Positions 33,446-42,919 of a DNA stretch of 64,000 nt are shown piece after piece. The position numbers were made by a program, and so were the translations under genes. The notes under the pieces are model-generated. The model was not told the DNA's origin, made no database searches, and saw only the letters and a list, made by a program, of their open reading frames with translations. Each line of letters begins with the position of its first letter. Positions within the stretch are counted from its first letter, which is position 1. Origin of the DNA: Actinomycetes bacterium (lineage in GTDB: Bacteria; Actinomycetota; Acidimicrobiia; Acidimicrobiales; RAAP-2); the NCBI GenBank assembly GCA_021790675.1, contig JAJYGN010000063.1:3458-67457 (forward strand), given 5' to 3'.

Positions 33446-35473
33446 ATGTCTTCGCTGCTCTCGGTAACAAATTTGAAGGTCCAATTCTCGTCCCGGCAGA
33501 ACTTTGTCACCGCGGTCGACGACTTCTCACTCACCATCAATCCCGGTGAGTGCGTGGGTCTCGTGGGCGAGTCCGGATGCGGCAAAACGACGACGGGACT
33601 GGCGATCATGCGCCTGTTGCCCAACAACGGCCACATCGCCGGCGGCACGATTGAGCTCGACGGTGTTAACCTCGCCACGCTGTCGGAAAAGGAGATGCAG
33701 TCCCAGCGCGGTAACGCGGTGGCTCTGATTCCCCAGGACCCGATGAGCTCATTGAATCCCACGATGAAGATCGGCCGCCAGATCGGTGAGGGCCTGCGGA
33801 TCCACACCGGCGCGAGCGAGGCCGAGGCCCGCAAGCGGGCCCTCGAGGTCCTCGAGATGGTCGACATGCCTCGCCCGGCTGAGCGGCTCGACCAGTACCC
33901 CTTCGAGCTCTCGGGTGGGTTGCGCCAACGTGTCATTATTGCCATGGGTCTCGTATGCAACCCCAAGCTGCTGATCGCGGACGAGCCGACGACCGCCCTC
34001 GACGTCACGATCCAGGCCCAGATCCTTGACCTCATCGACAACCTGAGAGTGCAGCTCAATATGGGTGTGCTGTTGATCACCCACGACATGGGCGTGATCG
34101 CGGGGCGTAGCGACCGCGTCGTCGTGATGTACGCGGGCAAGCGCGCCGAGCAGGCCGCGACGATGGAGCTCTTCCACCGGATGCACCACCCCTACACCCA
34201 GGCCCTGTTGGCCTCGATGCCCAACCTGGAGAACGCTTCGAAGCACGAGCTGGCATCGATCGCCGGTCTTCCCCCGGACCTCTCGCGCGAGATTATTGGC
34301 TGCCGTTTCGCTCCGCGCTGCGCGTACGCGACCGACGAGTGTCGGGCGACCGAGCCGGACTTCACGGTGGCCGACGAGCATGGTTTCGCGTGCTTCCACC
34401 CGGTCAACGGCCCGGCTCCGGTCGTCGTGCGCTCGCGCGAGGCAGTCGTCGCCTCGGGAGCGTCGCGCAAGGAGCTCCTGCGCGTCGAGGGACTCGTCAA
34501 GGAGTTCCCGATCAAGGCCGGGTTGATCCGCCACAAGGTGGGGGCTCTTAGCGCCGTGTCGAACGTGAGTTTCTCGATTAACGAGGGTGAGACGTTCGGG
34601 CTGGTGGGCGAGTCGGGCTGCGGCAAGACCACGATCGGGCGCATGGTGGTAGGGCTGGACCGGCCCACGGGCGGCGAGGTCTATTTTGACAACAAGCTCG
34701 TCTCGGCGAAGGGCCACAGACCGTCGCGTGAAGATCGGCGCGAGCGTCAGATGATGTTCCAGGACCCCTACTCCTCGCTGAATCCTCGTATGAAGGTGGC
34801 CCAGATCCTCGCTGAGCCTCTTCAAGTTCAGCATGAGGGCACCCGCGCCGAGCGCAGTGAGCGGGTGTCAGAGCTGCTGCTGTCGGTGGGTCTCGAGCCG
34901 CGCGCCGCGGACCGCTACCCCCACGAGTTCTCCGGTGGCCAGCGCCAGCGCATCGGCCTGGCACGCGCCCTGGCGCTGAACCCGCGGCTGATCGTGGCCG
35001 ACGAGCCGGTTTCCGCGCTCGACGTCTCGATCCAGGCCCAGATCCTGAACCTGATGAAGGACCTCCAGAAGGGTCACAACCTTTCGTACGTGTTCGTCTC
35101 CCACGACCTCGCCGTCGTGTACTACATGGCCGACACCATTGGCGTCATGTACCTGGGCAAGATCGTCGAGATCGGCGACGCCGAGTCAGTCTTTCGCACG
35201 CCGGCCCACCCCTATACCCAGGGTCTGCTCGACGCCGTTCCTGTTCCCGAGCCGGAAGAGGCTCGTGCTCGCCGCGGCCGTCAGGTCACGGGCGAACTGC
35301 CCTCACCGGTGAACCCGCCGTCGGGGTGTCGTTTCCGCACCCGTTGCCCACGAGCCCAGGACATCTGCGCGATCGAAGAGCCGATGTTCCAGACCTTCGG
35401 ACCCACTCAAGAGGCGGCGTGCCACTTCCCGCTGCGCACGCCGGTCACTCTCACGGCGTCGCGTAGCGCCTAG
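33446..35473 (+). CDS. Fused OppD-OppF peptide ABC transporter ATPase
   Basis: Two GESGCGKT/SGG/DEP cassettes, each with HPYT and a Cys-rich C-terminal domain. Confidence 0.93.
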   Translation: MSSLLSVTNLKVQFSSRQNFVTAVDDFSLTINPGECVGLVGESGCGKTTTGLAIMRLLPNNGHIAGGTIELDGVNLATLSEKEMQSQRGNAVALIPQDPMSSLNPTMKIGRQIGEGLRIHTGASEAEARKRALEVLEMVDMPRPAERLDQYPFELSGGLRQRVIIAMGLVCNPKLLIADEPTTALDVTIQAQILDLIDNLRVQLNMGVLLITHDMGVIAGRSDRVVVMYAGKRAEQAATMELFHRMHHPYTQALLASMPNLENASKHELASIAGLPPDLSREIIGCRFAPRCAYATDECRATEPDFTVADEHGFACFHPVNGPAPVVVRSREAVVASGASRKELLRVEGLVKEFPIKAGLIRHKVGALSAVSNVSFSINEGETFGLVGESGCGKTTIGRMVVGLDRPTGGEVYFDNKLVSAKGHRPSREDRRERQMMFQDPYSSLNPRMKVAQILAEPLQVQHEGTRAERSERVSELLLSVGLEPRAADRYPHEFSGGQRQRIGLARALALNPRLIVADEPVSALDVSIQAQILNLMKDLQKGHNLSYVFVSHDLAVVYYMADTIGVMYLGKIVEIGDAESVFRTPAHPYTQGLLDAVPVPEPEEARARRGRQVTGELPSPVNPPSGCRFRTRCPRAQDICAIEEPMFQTFGPTQEAACHFPLRTPVTLTASRSA

Positions 35474-35603
35474 TTCTCGCAGAGTTCCCATACTCGACGG
35501 AATCGGACGAGGTCGTCCGACCGTTGCCCGTGCCCTTCAACGTCCTTCGTGGCTTCACCCACGCGAGTTCGGTACTCGAGGCGTCCTCGGCGCGACACGT
35601 CGT

Positions 35604-35960
35604 TCACGTCTCGCGCAGATAGTCGGCGAGACTCTGGAGAGACGAGTCCAGTCTCGCGACGTGGTCATCGGCGGTGATCGCGTCGGTCACATTCTCGGCG
35701 ATGATGTCCACCCTGGTGCCTCCCTCCACCATGGTGGCCTTCCAGGTCATGGTCATGGTGCCCGCGAAGCGGGGATCGTCGGTGACGAAGTCCACCGCCT
35801 GGACGACTCTCACTCCCGGGATGACGGCGAGGACGTTCGCCTCGATGACATCGGTAGTGGCCGTTGTCTTGCCGAGCGAACCGGCCGGGTTGTCAAAGCT
35901 CAAGACCATGCGATACGTGCCACCGGGGCACAGATCGAATCGATCGAACCTTCCGGACAT
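35604..35960 (-). pseudogene. 5'-truncated SRPBCC/AHSA1-like gene
   Basis: MSGRFDRFDLCPGGTYRMVL...VQAVDF...FAGTMTMTW...GTRV resembles the C-terminal part of SRPBCC proteins; the N-terminal region is not recognisable upstream. Confidence 0.6.
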
Positions 35961-36123
35961 AGCCGCGAGATATCCGGCTCTTCGCAAGTGAGCGGGGTCT
36001 GGTGGACTTTTGACTGCCCGTACCTGCGATTGCTGCTTCCACCACCCCGGCACTTCGGAGACTCCCGGATACCCATTCGGCGCTGACGTGTTGGGACAGA
36101 TGTGTATGCCCGGTGGGGCCGCC

Positions 36124-36666
36124 CTACTCAACCCTCTTCTGGGTTTGCTTGAGGATCTCGTCAAGTTCGGATCGCTCGACCGCCGCTCGCAGGGCGACGC
36201 CGTGCGCGGCGAGCGCGACACCCCCACCTTGGTCCCGGTCAATTGCACACAGTGCCACTTTGACTGTTGCCCCGGCTGCCCTGAGTTCCCGGCAACCAGC
36301 TACAAGTGCCCCGGCGGTGGTCACGACATCCTCCACCGCGACGACTCGCAGGCCGTGTACCGATATGCCTTCGACCGCCTTGCGGGTGCCGTAGTCCTTC
36401 GGGGCTTTGCGCACGAAGACGGCAGGCAGACCGCTGACCTGCGATAAGACGGTGACGAGCGGTATACCGCCCATCTCCATGCCGGCCAGGACGTCACAGG
36501 GCTCGAGCAAGTCGACCATGGCGTTGGCCACGTCGAGCAAGAGCGCCGGGTCGGACTCGAACAGGTACTTGTCAAAGTACTCAGTGCTGGTTACTCCTGA
36601 GCGCAGAACGAACTGACCGTGTAACTGGCACGTCTCGAGTAGCCGGCGGGCGAGGACAGAAGACAT
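36124..36666 (-). CDS. pyrE: Orotate phosphoribosyltransferase
   Basis: GQFVLRSG, YFDKY, VRKAPKDYGT, PRPP motif VEDVVTTAG. Confidence 0.9.
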   Translation of the reverse strand: MSSVLARRLLETCQLHGQFVLRSGVTSTEYFDKYLFESDPALLLDVANAMVDLLEPCDVLAGMEMGGIPLVTVLSQVSGLPAVFVRKAPKDYGTRKAVEGISVHGLRVVAVEDVVTTAGALVAGCRELRAAGATVKVALCAIDRDQGGGVALAAHGVALRAAVERSELDEILKQTQKRVE

Positions 36667-37094
36667 GCCCCAAGATTGTCATACGCTGCACCACCCAACG
36701 ACGACAAGAGAAAGTCTCGACGTCGCCTGACTCTCAACGGCGGTCGAGGGACGGGCCAGTGGGGTACTGCGCGACCCGCCCGGTGCGGATTGCTTGCTTC
36801 TGTGAATGCTGCACCCCGCTCATTTCCGAAGACCCAGATAACCGTGCTGCCAAGGCGTGCACGTCGACGAGAGCGGAAACGACCGTTTCCAGTGAGGAGG
36901 GGATCACCCGTTGGCTTCGGTCGGTTCGAGGCACCAGGAGGGTAGGCCAACGCCGGTCGCCCGCTGGAAGGGGCACTGGGCGCCCTGACGGGCAGCACCG
37001 GTTGGTTTCACGTCAGCCACACTCGGCTGTGACTCCTGGTCCCAGTCTTCACGCGGTGGCTGGACCGCTCTGAAGAGAGCCTCGAAGTGAGGCT

Positions 37095-38051
37095 CTAGCG
37101 CTCGATCAGGCGAACTTCGAAGGCGTCGCGCAGGGCGTCACCGATGTAGTTGATTGAGACGACCACGAGGATGAAGATCGTCGCCAGCGGGAACACCTCC
37201 CACCAGTAACCGTTCTGGATCTGGACCGATCCGGCCTGGAGCATGGTGCCCCAGTCCGTCTGCGGCGTCTGGATCCCGAGGCCGAGGAAGCCCAGGGCTG
37301 AGAGGAAGAGGATGGCGTCGGCCACGGAGAACGTAGCCACGGTCACGATGTTGCTGATTGAGTTCGGGAATACGTGACGGCGGATGATGTGCATCTTGCC
37401 CGCTCCCATGGCAGTGGCCGCTTGGGAGTACTCGAGATTTCGGATCAGGAGAGCGTCTCCTCGGATGATACGGGCGTTGCCCCACCACAGCGAGAATCCG
37501 ATGATGCCGATGAGGAACGTCGTCGAACGGCCGAAGATCGAGATCAGCGTGATGAGGAGGAACAGGTAGGGGATTGAGAGGAAGGCGTCGAGAATACGCA
37601 TCATGACCGTGTCGGTGAAGCCGGCCATGAAGCCCGAGATCATGCCGTAGACGGTGCCGATGACGATGGTGATGAATCCCGAGAGGAAGCCCAGGGTGAG
37701 CGAATACTCGCCGCCGTAGAAGATGCGTCCGAGCTCGTCGAAGCCAGAACTGTCAGTGCCAAGGGGATGCGCCCACGACGGCGGCTGATTCCAGGGGATG
37801 TTGAAGGTCGCGGCCTGGTTCGTCTGGTTCGTGGGGTGCAGCCAGGGCACGAGGTAGCACGAGGCGGTGACGATGAAGAGGAATATGACTGAGGCGACCG
37901 CGAGCTTGTTGTGCGAGAAGATCGCCAGGCGCTGGCGCCAGAGGGGGATGATCTCGTCGTCTGTCTTGGGGATGGCCGGTCGGACATCGCGCGACGTTGG
38001 GAGCCGATCGATCGCCTCGTGGAGAATCTCAGAGCTGATCTGTTCGGTCAT
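37095..38051 (-). CDS. oppC: Peptide ABC transporter permease (OppC)
   Basis: HPLGTD..G.D, YSQAATAMGA..IIRRHVFPN, LGFLGLG, DWGTML. Confidence 0.92.
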   Translation of the reverse strand: MTEQISSEILHEAIDRLPTSRDVRPAIPKTDDEIIPLWRQRLAIFSHNKLAVASVIFLFIVTASCYLVPWLHPTNQTNQAATFNIPWNQPPSWAHPLGTDSSGFDELGRIFYGGEYSLTLGFLSGFITIVIGTVYGMISGFMAGFTDTVMMRILDAFLSIPYLFLLITLISIFGRSTTFLIGIIGFSLWWGNARIIRGDALLIRNLEYSQAATAMGAGKMHIIRRHVFPNSISNIVTVATFSVADAILFLSALGFLGLGIQTPQTDWGTMLQAGSVQIQNGYWWEVFPLATIFILVVVSINYIGDALRDAFEVRLIER

Positions 38052-39019
38052 CGAGCGTTCCCTTCAATGCGAATGCGCGGGTTGACGAGACCGAGCGCGA
38101 TGTCGGCGAGAAGGTTACCCGCGAGCGTGAAGATCGCCACCAGCAGCGTGATCCCGAGAACGATTGGGACGTCGGAGTTCGTGGCGGCGAAGACCGTCTG
38201 GATGCCGAGCCCCCCGTAGTTGAAGACGCTCTCGATGATCAGTGCGCCTCCGAAGAGGCCGGGAATCGACAGGCCAAGGATCGTGATGATCGGTCCGAGG
38301 GCGTTGCGGAAGGCGTGGCGGAAGAGGACCCGGAGGTTCGAGCATCCCTTGGCCTTGGCGGTGCGCACGTAGTCCTGGACCAGAGTTTCGAGAATCGTGC
38401 CACGCATGAAGCGGCTGACTCCGGCCACCGAGAGCAGAGTCAGACAGCCGACCGGGAGGGCAAAGCCCACTGGATCGGTGAAGATCGCCCACGGGGCGAC
38501 ACCCGATGGGGGCGAGGAGGGCAGGTGCAGGGTGTGGAAGCTGAAGGCGTCCAGGGCCAGCATGCACAGCAGGAACGAGGGCATCGCGTAGAGGATGAAC
38601 GCCGTGCCGGTCGCGGAGTAGTCGAAGACGGTGTTTCGACGCGAGGCCTGGATGATGCCGAGCGGCAGCGAAATGATCAGCGTCAGAATCAGGGCGCTGA
38701 GGGCGAGCCAGAGTGTGCGGGGAACGTAGAGCGCAATCACGCCCCAAACCGACATGTTCTGCTTGTAGGAGTGCCCCAGATTGAAGTGAAAGATCAGCTG
38801 CGTCAGGTATGTCCAAAAGCGGACGAAGAACGGGTGATTCATGCCGTTTTGTTGTGCCCATATCGCCAGATTGGCGGGAGTCGCGTGGGTGCCGAGAACG
38901 GCATACGCCGGCGCCATGATTCCATTGGTTTGGAAGTACGGCAGTGAGAATGTTACGAAAACCACGATGAGCAGAACGAGCAGCGACTGAGCGATCCTGC
39001 GAAGAATGTAATTCAACAC
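38048..39019 (-). CDS. oppB: Peptide ABC transporter permease (OppB)
   Basis: YILRRI, QDYVRTAKAKG, HAFRNA, IESVF. Confidence 0.92.
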   Translation of the reverse strand: MLNYILRRIAQSLLVLLIVVFVTFSLPYFQTNGIMAPAYAVLGTHATPANLAIWAQQNGMNHPFFVRFWTYLTQLIFHFNLGHSYKQNMSVWGVIALYVPRTLWLALSALILTLIISLPLGIIQASRRNTVFDYSATGTAFILYAMPSFLLCMLALDAFSFHTLHLPSSPPSGVAPWAIFTDPVGFALPVGCLTLLSVAGVSRFMRGTILETLVQDYVRTAKAKGCSNLRVLFRHAFRNALGPIITILGLSIPGLFGGALIIESVFNYGGLGIQTVFAATNSDVPIVLGITLLVAIFTLAGNLLADIALGLVNPRIRIEGNAR

Positions 39020-39078
39020 GGGCCGAGTCTATCAGCGGGCTAATCGGGCACCTTGTCGCCCGGGCCCTCGGATGCGAA

Positions 39079-39114
39079 AACAAGAGAGGGGCCCTTTCGG
39101 GCCCCTCTCTTGTT
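39079..39114 (-). terminator. Intercistronic hairpin/intrinsic terminator after oppA
   Basis: Perfect 16-bp stem AACAAGAGAGGGGCCC-(GAAA on minus strand)-GGGCCCCTCTCTTGTT with T-run on the minus strand. Confidence 0.85.
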
Positions 39115-39138
39115 ACGAGTGATGCGTGCTGCGACTGC

Positions 39139-40953
39139 TTAGTAGTGCAAGTACTCCGGCTGCAAGTTACCCAGCGGGTTCGGCGTGAAGCCAATCTTGC
39201 TCTTGAGCGTCTTGATGGTCTCACCTACCGCCGAGTTACCGGCCGGCATGTACAGCACGGGCAACTGCTGGGCGGCGTACTTGGCGTAGGCCGTCAGGTT
39301 CGCGGTGCCAAAGACCGTCGCGTTGACCAGCTTGGTCATCGTCGGGTCGTTGTACGAGCCGGGGTTGAAGCCGCTGTCCGGGGTGAAGAGGGACTCACCG
39401 GTCGGCAGGAAGTCAGGTGCGTATATCCAGCCACCGCCCCACCAGCACAGTTCGAAGCCGCCGCCGCCGTTGCAGGAACCGATCACGTTGTTGAACGTGG
39501 TGGTTGAGTACGACATGTTGATGCCAATGGAGTTCCAGTTGGCGATGTCAGCCGCGATCTCCTTGTCGTAGGCCGGGTAGCCGCTCAGGTAAATCATCTT
39601 GAGGTTGAGCGTGTAGCCCTGGGTGATTCCCGCGCCACACTGACTCGAACCCGTCCCCGGGCTGGTGCAGGTCATGACGCCGTTCTGCATCGTCCAGCCG
39701 TGTGAAGTCAGGAGAGCCTTTGCTCCTGAGAGGCTAAACGGATACGGGTTGGGGAAGGGTGCACTCAGCGACTTCGGCGCGATGGTGGGCACCGGGCTGT
39801 AGTTAGCCTGGCCGTAACCCTTGAAGATGTTAGTGATGATCCCGTTCTGGTCCATCGACATCTGGATGGCCTGGCGGATGTAGAGCTGGGCAATGGCGGC
39901 CGACTTCGGGTCCTTGGAACTGAAGTTGAACGGCGCGTAGTTAAAGCCCCAGTTCGTGCCCGTCGACATGTTGTAGCGAGTCGAAAGGTTGCCCCAGTTC
40001 GGTCCCACCTTGCCCGGCGCGGGGGCCGGAGCGGTCAGAACGCCCGGGTCAACATAGCCAAGGTCGATCTTGCCGGCCTGGAGGTCGTTCTCTTCAGCCT
40101 GCGTGGAGGTGTAGGCCACGAGCTTGAAGAACTTGACCATCGCCTTCTGCGGGCCGGAGTAACGCGGGTTCGGCTGGAACGTCGCGTTGCCGAGGTTGTC
40201 GAAGCTCGTCAAACGCCACGGGCCGTCAACGCCGCTCTGCCACATCTTGCCCGTGTAGGTGTTGGTCTTGCCGGACTGGGCGTCGAGGTAGGCCTCAACG
40301 TTCTTGCAAGCCACCTTGGTCGAGGCAGCGCCGTAGGCGCCACCGGCGCAGTTGGCCTTGCCACCGGCAGTGCGGTCCCACGAGTTGGGCATTGGTGTGA
40401 TCATCGACAGGTTGTTGTAGAGCAACCACGTCGGGTTCAGCGGCTTCGTGAAGTGCAGGACCACGGTGTTGCCGTGTCCGGAGGCGCTCTTGATCAGCGT
40501 GGGGATGCTCAGCGAGCCGTTGAATCCACAGTACGACGTCGGGTCGGCGTTGTACATGTTGAGGAAGAACATCACGGACTGGGCGTTCACGGTCTGGCCG
40601 TCAGCGAACTTCCAGCCCTTCATCGTGATGGTCGCCGTCCTGTTGTTATTGCTCATCTTGGGCAAGAAGGCGGTGGACAACTGAGGCTGGACAGCAACTG
40701 AGCCGCCAAGACCGAACCAATACAGGGGGCGGAACATCAGCTCCTGGAACTGGTTGATCGTGCTCACCGAAAAATAGGCGCAACCCATGTACGGGAAGAT
40801 GTAGTTCGGGTTAGCACCCGCACCCTCCGCGAACGTGATCGTCCCTGATGGGGCCGCCGCCCCACTCACGGTTGGAGCAATGAGACCCATGGACAACGCA
40901 CTGGCGACTGCGCCAATGGTCATCCCGAGTCGGAGTTTGCGTCCTAATTGCAT
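39139..40953 (-). CDS. oppA: Peptide ABC transporter substrate-binding protein (family 5)
   Basis: Start ATG 40953 after GGGAGG; signal peptide; WKFADG..V.A, VDGPWRL, IRQAI..D. Confidence 0.9.
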   Translation of the reverse strand: MQLGRKLRLGMTIGAVASALSMGLIAPTVSGAAAPSGTITFAEGAGANPNYIFPYMGCAYFSVSTINQFQELMFRPLYWFGLGGSVAVQPQLSTAFLPKMSNNNRTATITMKGWKFADGQTVNAQSVMFFLNMYNADPTSYCGFNGSLSIPTLIKSASGHGNTVVLHFTKPLNPTWLLYNNLSMITPMPNSWDRTAGGKANCAGGAYGAASTKVACKNVEAYLDAQSGKTNTYTGKMWQSGVDGPWRLTSFDNLGNATFQPNPRYSGPQKAMVKFFKLVAYTSTQAEENDLQAGKIDLGYVDPGVLTAPAPAPGKVGPNWGNLSTRYNMSTGTNWGFNYAPFNFSSKDPKSAAIAQLYIRQAIQMSMDQNGIITNIFKGYGQANYSPVPTIAPKSLSAPFPNPYPFSLSGAKALLTSHGWTMQNGVMTCTSPGTGSSQCGAGITQGYTLNLKMIYLSGYPAYDKEIAADIANWNSIGINMSYSTTTFNNVIGSCNGGGGFELCWWGGGWIYAPDFLPTGESLFTPDSGFNPGSYNDPTMTKLVNATVFGTANLTAYAKYAAQQLPVLYMPAGNSAVGETIKTLKSKIGFTPNPLGNLQPEYLHY

Positions 40954-41148
40954 ATTGAATTGCCTCCCAGTGCCACCGGAGTGGTCACAATTGCTTTGCT
41001 TACCCATCTCAGATGGACTCGTGGCAACTGTATCGGCTGGTTGGGGGTCAAACAAGTTCATACCCCCTCTTGAGCGCGGACTTTTTTGGCGCCTGAATGT
41101 CGAACTTTTCAAGCGGTAGTTGGCCTTTGGCCCAACATTGCGATTTGG

Positions 41149-42057
41149 TTAATTGCTGGAGGCGAGAACGCTGGTGACGATGGACGTCGCGTCGACGCTG
41201 CGAAATGTGAACCCGCTCTCCAGGAGACGGGTCGGAACGACGCGTTGACTGGCGAGGAGTGCGCCGTCGACGAGCCCTTCACCGAGGGCTATTGCGAGTG
41301 CCGCGCGTGGCACTGCGAGCACGGTCGGACGTCGCAGGGCGTTACCCATCACGTGGGTGAAGTCGGCGTTGGTGAGGGAAGTGGGCGCCGTGAGATTGAA
41401 GGGTCCGCGCAACTCGTGATCGAGGAGCCACACGATGGCACGGACCTCGTCGGTCAGCGAGATCGGACTGAGCCACTGGCAACCGCGCCCCAATCGTCCG
41501 CCCAAGCCGAGGCGGAACAGGGGCAGCTGACGCGCGAGCGCGCCGCCGTGGACGTCGAGGACGATGCCGGTGCGCACGTGCGCGACGCGCACGCCCGACG
41601 GCGCGCGCTCGGCCGCGGCCTCCCAGTCCACGCAGAGCCGGGCGAGGAAGTCCTCGCCTGGCGAGGAGGTCTCGTCAAGGATCTCGTCGCCGCGCGAGCC
41701 GTAGTAGCCAATCGCCGAACCGTTGATCAAGGTGGTCGCCCCGAGGGCCTCGAGGGACCCGACGATCACGTCGGTGGCGTTGAGGCGCGAGGTTCGAAGA
41801 AGATCCTTGCGGGTCTCGCTCCAGCGCCGGTCGCCGATACCGGCCCCCGCGAGGTTCACCACGGCGTCGAGCCGTCCCGTCCGGCGCGCGTCGTCGGTCT
41901 CGAGCATTCCGCGCGCGGGGTCCCAGCGAATTGATGGTCCACTCGTTATGGGGCTCTCGGGTCGCACGAATCGCACGACCTCGTCACCACGCGCGGAGAG
42001 CTCGCTCGCCAGCGCCGTGGCGATAAACCCGCTCGCGCCGCTTAGGCCGACGCGCAC
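41149..42057 (-). CDS. TIGR01777 family NAD-dependent epimerase/oxidoreductase
   Basis: GASGFI, VVNLAG, SAIGYYG, FLARLCVDWE, RTGIVL, SQRVVP. Confidence 0.92.
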   Translation of the reverse strand: MRVGLSGASGFIATALASELSARGDEVVRFVRPESPITSGPSIRWDPARGMLETDDARRTGRLDAVVNLAGAGIGDRRWSETRKDLLRTSRLNATDVIVGSLEALGATTLINGSAIGYYGSRGDEILDETSSPGEDFLARLCVDWEAAAERAPSGVRVAHVRTGIVLDVHGGALARQLPLFRLGLGGRLGRGCQWLSPISLTDEVRAIVWLLDHELRGPFNLTAPTSLTNADFTHVMGNALRRPTVLAVPRAALAIALGEGLVDGALLASQRVVPTRLLESGFTFRSVDATSIVTSVLASSN

Positions 42058-42848
42058 GTGTCCTGCCAGAGAGTTGCGAGCAGTTCGGCCAGTTGATCAG
42101 GGTTCGCCAGGTGGGCGCCGTGGCCCGCGCCCGTCATCTCCACAGTGCGAATGGCGTATCGGCTCGCGAGGAGGGCCGATAACTCGCGGTAATAGGGTGC
42201 GAGCACTCCGTCACCGTGGACGTACGTCGCACTGGTAGCCAGGTCAGTCAGGTCGAAGGGCGCGTTCGCGCGCACGCTGCGCAGGTCGGCCAGAAGGGCG
42301 GGTCCGTCGAGTCGCCGGGACTCCTTTTCGGCGTCGCTCAGGCGCTCCCACGCGCTGCGTGACACCATGCGCTTGAAGAAGACCTCGGCCTCCTCGCGAG
42401 GATCCTCCCCGAGGATCGACCGGGAGTGCTCGCGGGGCAGGACCCAGGGCAGGGGGGATTCATAGGCGACGGCCAGGTCGACGAGCGCGGGCTCGGCGAG
42501 GGCGGCGCCCAGCGCCACGACGCCGCCCACGCTGTGGCCGAAGATGAGGACGCGGGCGTTTTCGCGCTCGGCGCGGATCAGCGCGAGCAGATCGGCCACG
42601 TGCTCGTCGTGAGTTCCCACGCCCAGCGCGCGCGAGCCCTGATAGCCCCGTCGGTCGTAGGTCACCAGATCGAACTGCTCGAGGCGGCGCGCGATGCGCG
42701 CGAACGATCCTCCGCGATCGAGGCCGCCGTGGACACAGATCACACTGGCCTGAGGATGGGTGACGCGCCGTTCGGCGACCGCGAGGCCCGGTACCGGCGG
42801 CGAGGGCATCGCGCGCAGTCCTCGCAGAGGTTGCATCGCGGTGTCCAC
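42042..42848 (-). CDS. Alpha/beta hydrolase
   Basis: HGG, YDRRGYQGS, GHSVGG, GAGHGAH; TAAGTT 6 nt upstream of GTG. Confidence 0.88.
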   Translation of the reverse strand: MDTAMQPLRGLRAMPSPPVPGLAVAERRVTHPQASVICVHGGLDRGGSFARIARRLEQFDLVTYDRRGYQGSRALGVGTHDEHVADLLALIRAERENARVLIFGHSVGGVVALGAALAEPALVDLAVAYESPLPWVLPREHSRSILGEDPREEAEVFFKRMVSRSAWERLSDAEKESRRLDGPALLADLRSVRANAPFDLTDLATSATYVHGDGVLAPYYRELSALLASRYAIRTVEMTGAGHGAHLANPDQLAELLATLWQDTCASA

Positions 42849-42919
42849 GGCGCGAACTTACCTGCTCGACCCGCGGACCGGCCACGTTGAATCCGCGAGC
42901 CTCGGCCTAGGCTGGGCGC

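Noticed and set aside
36667-37094. PyrR attenuator or other ncRNA upstream of pyrE
   Set aside because: No recognisable PyrR-binding loop or known RNA motif; left unassigned
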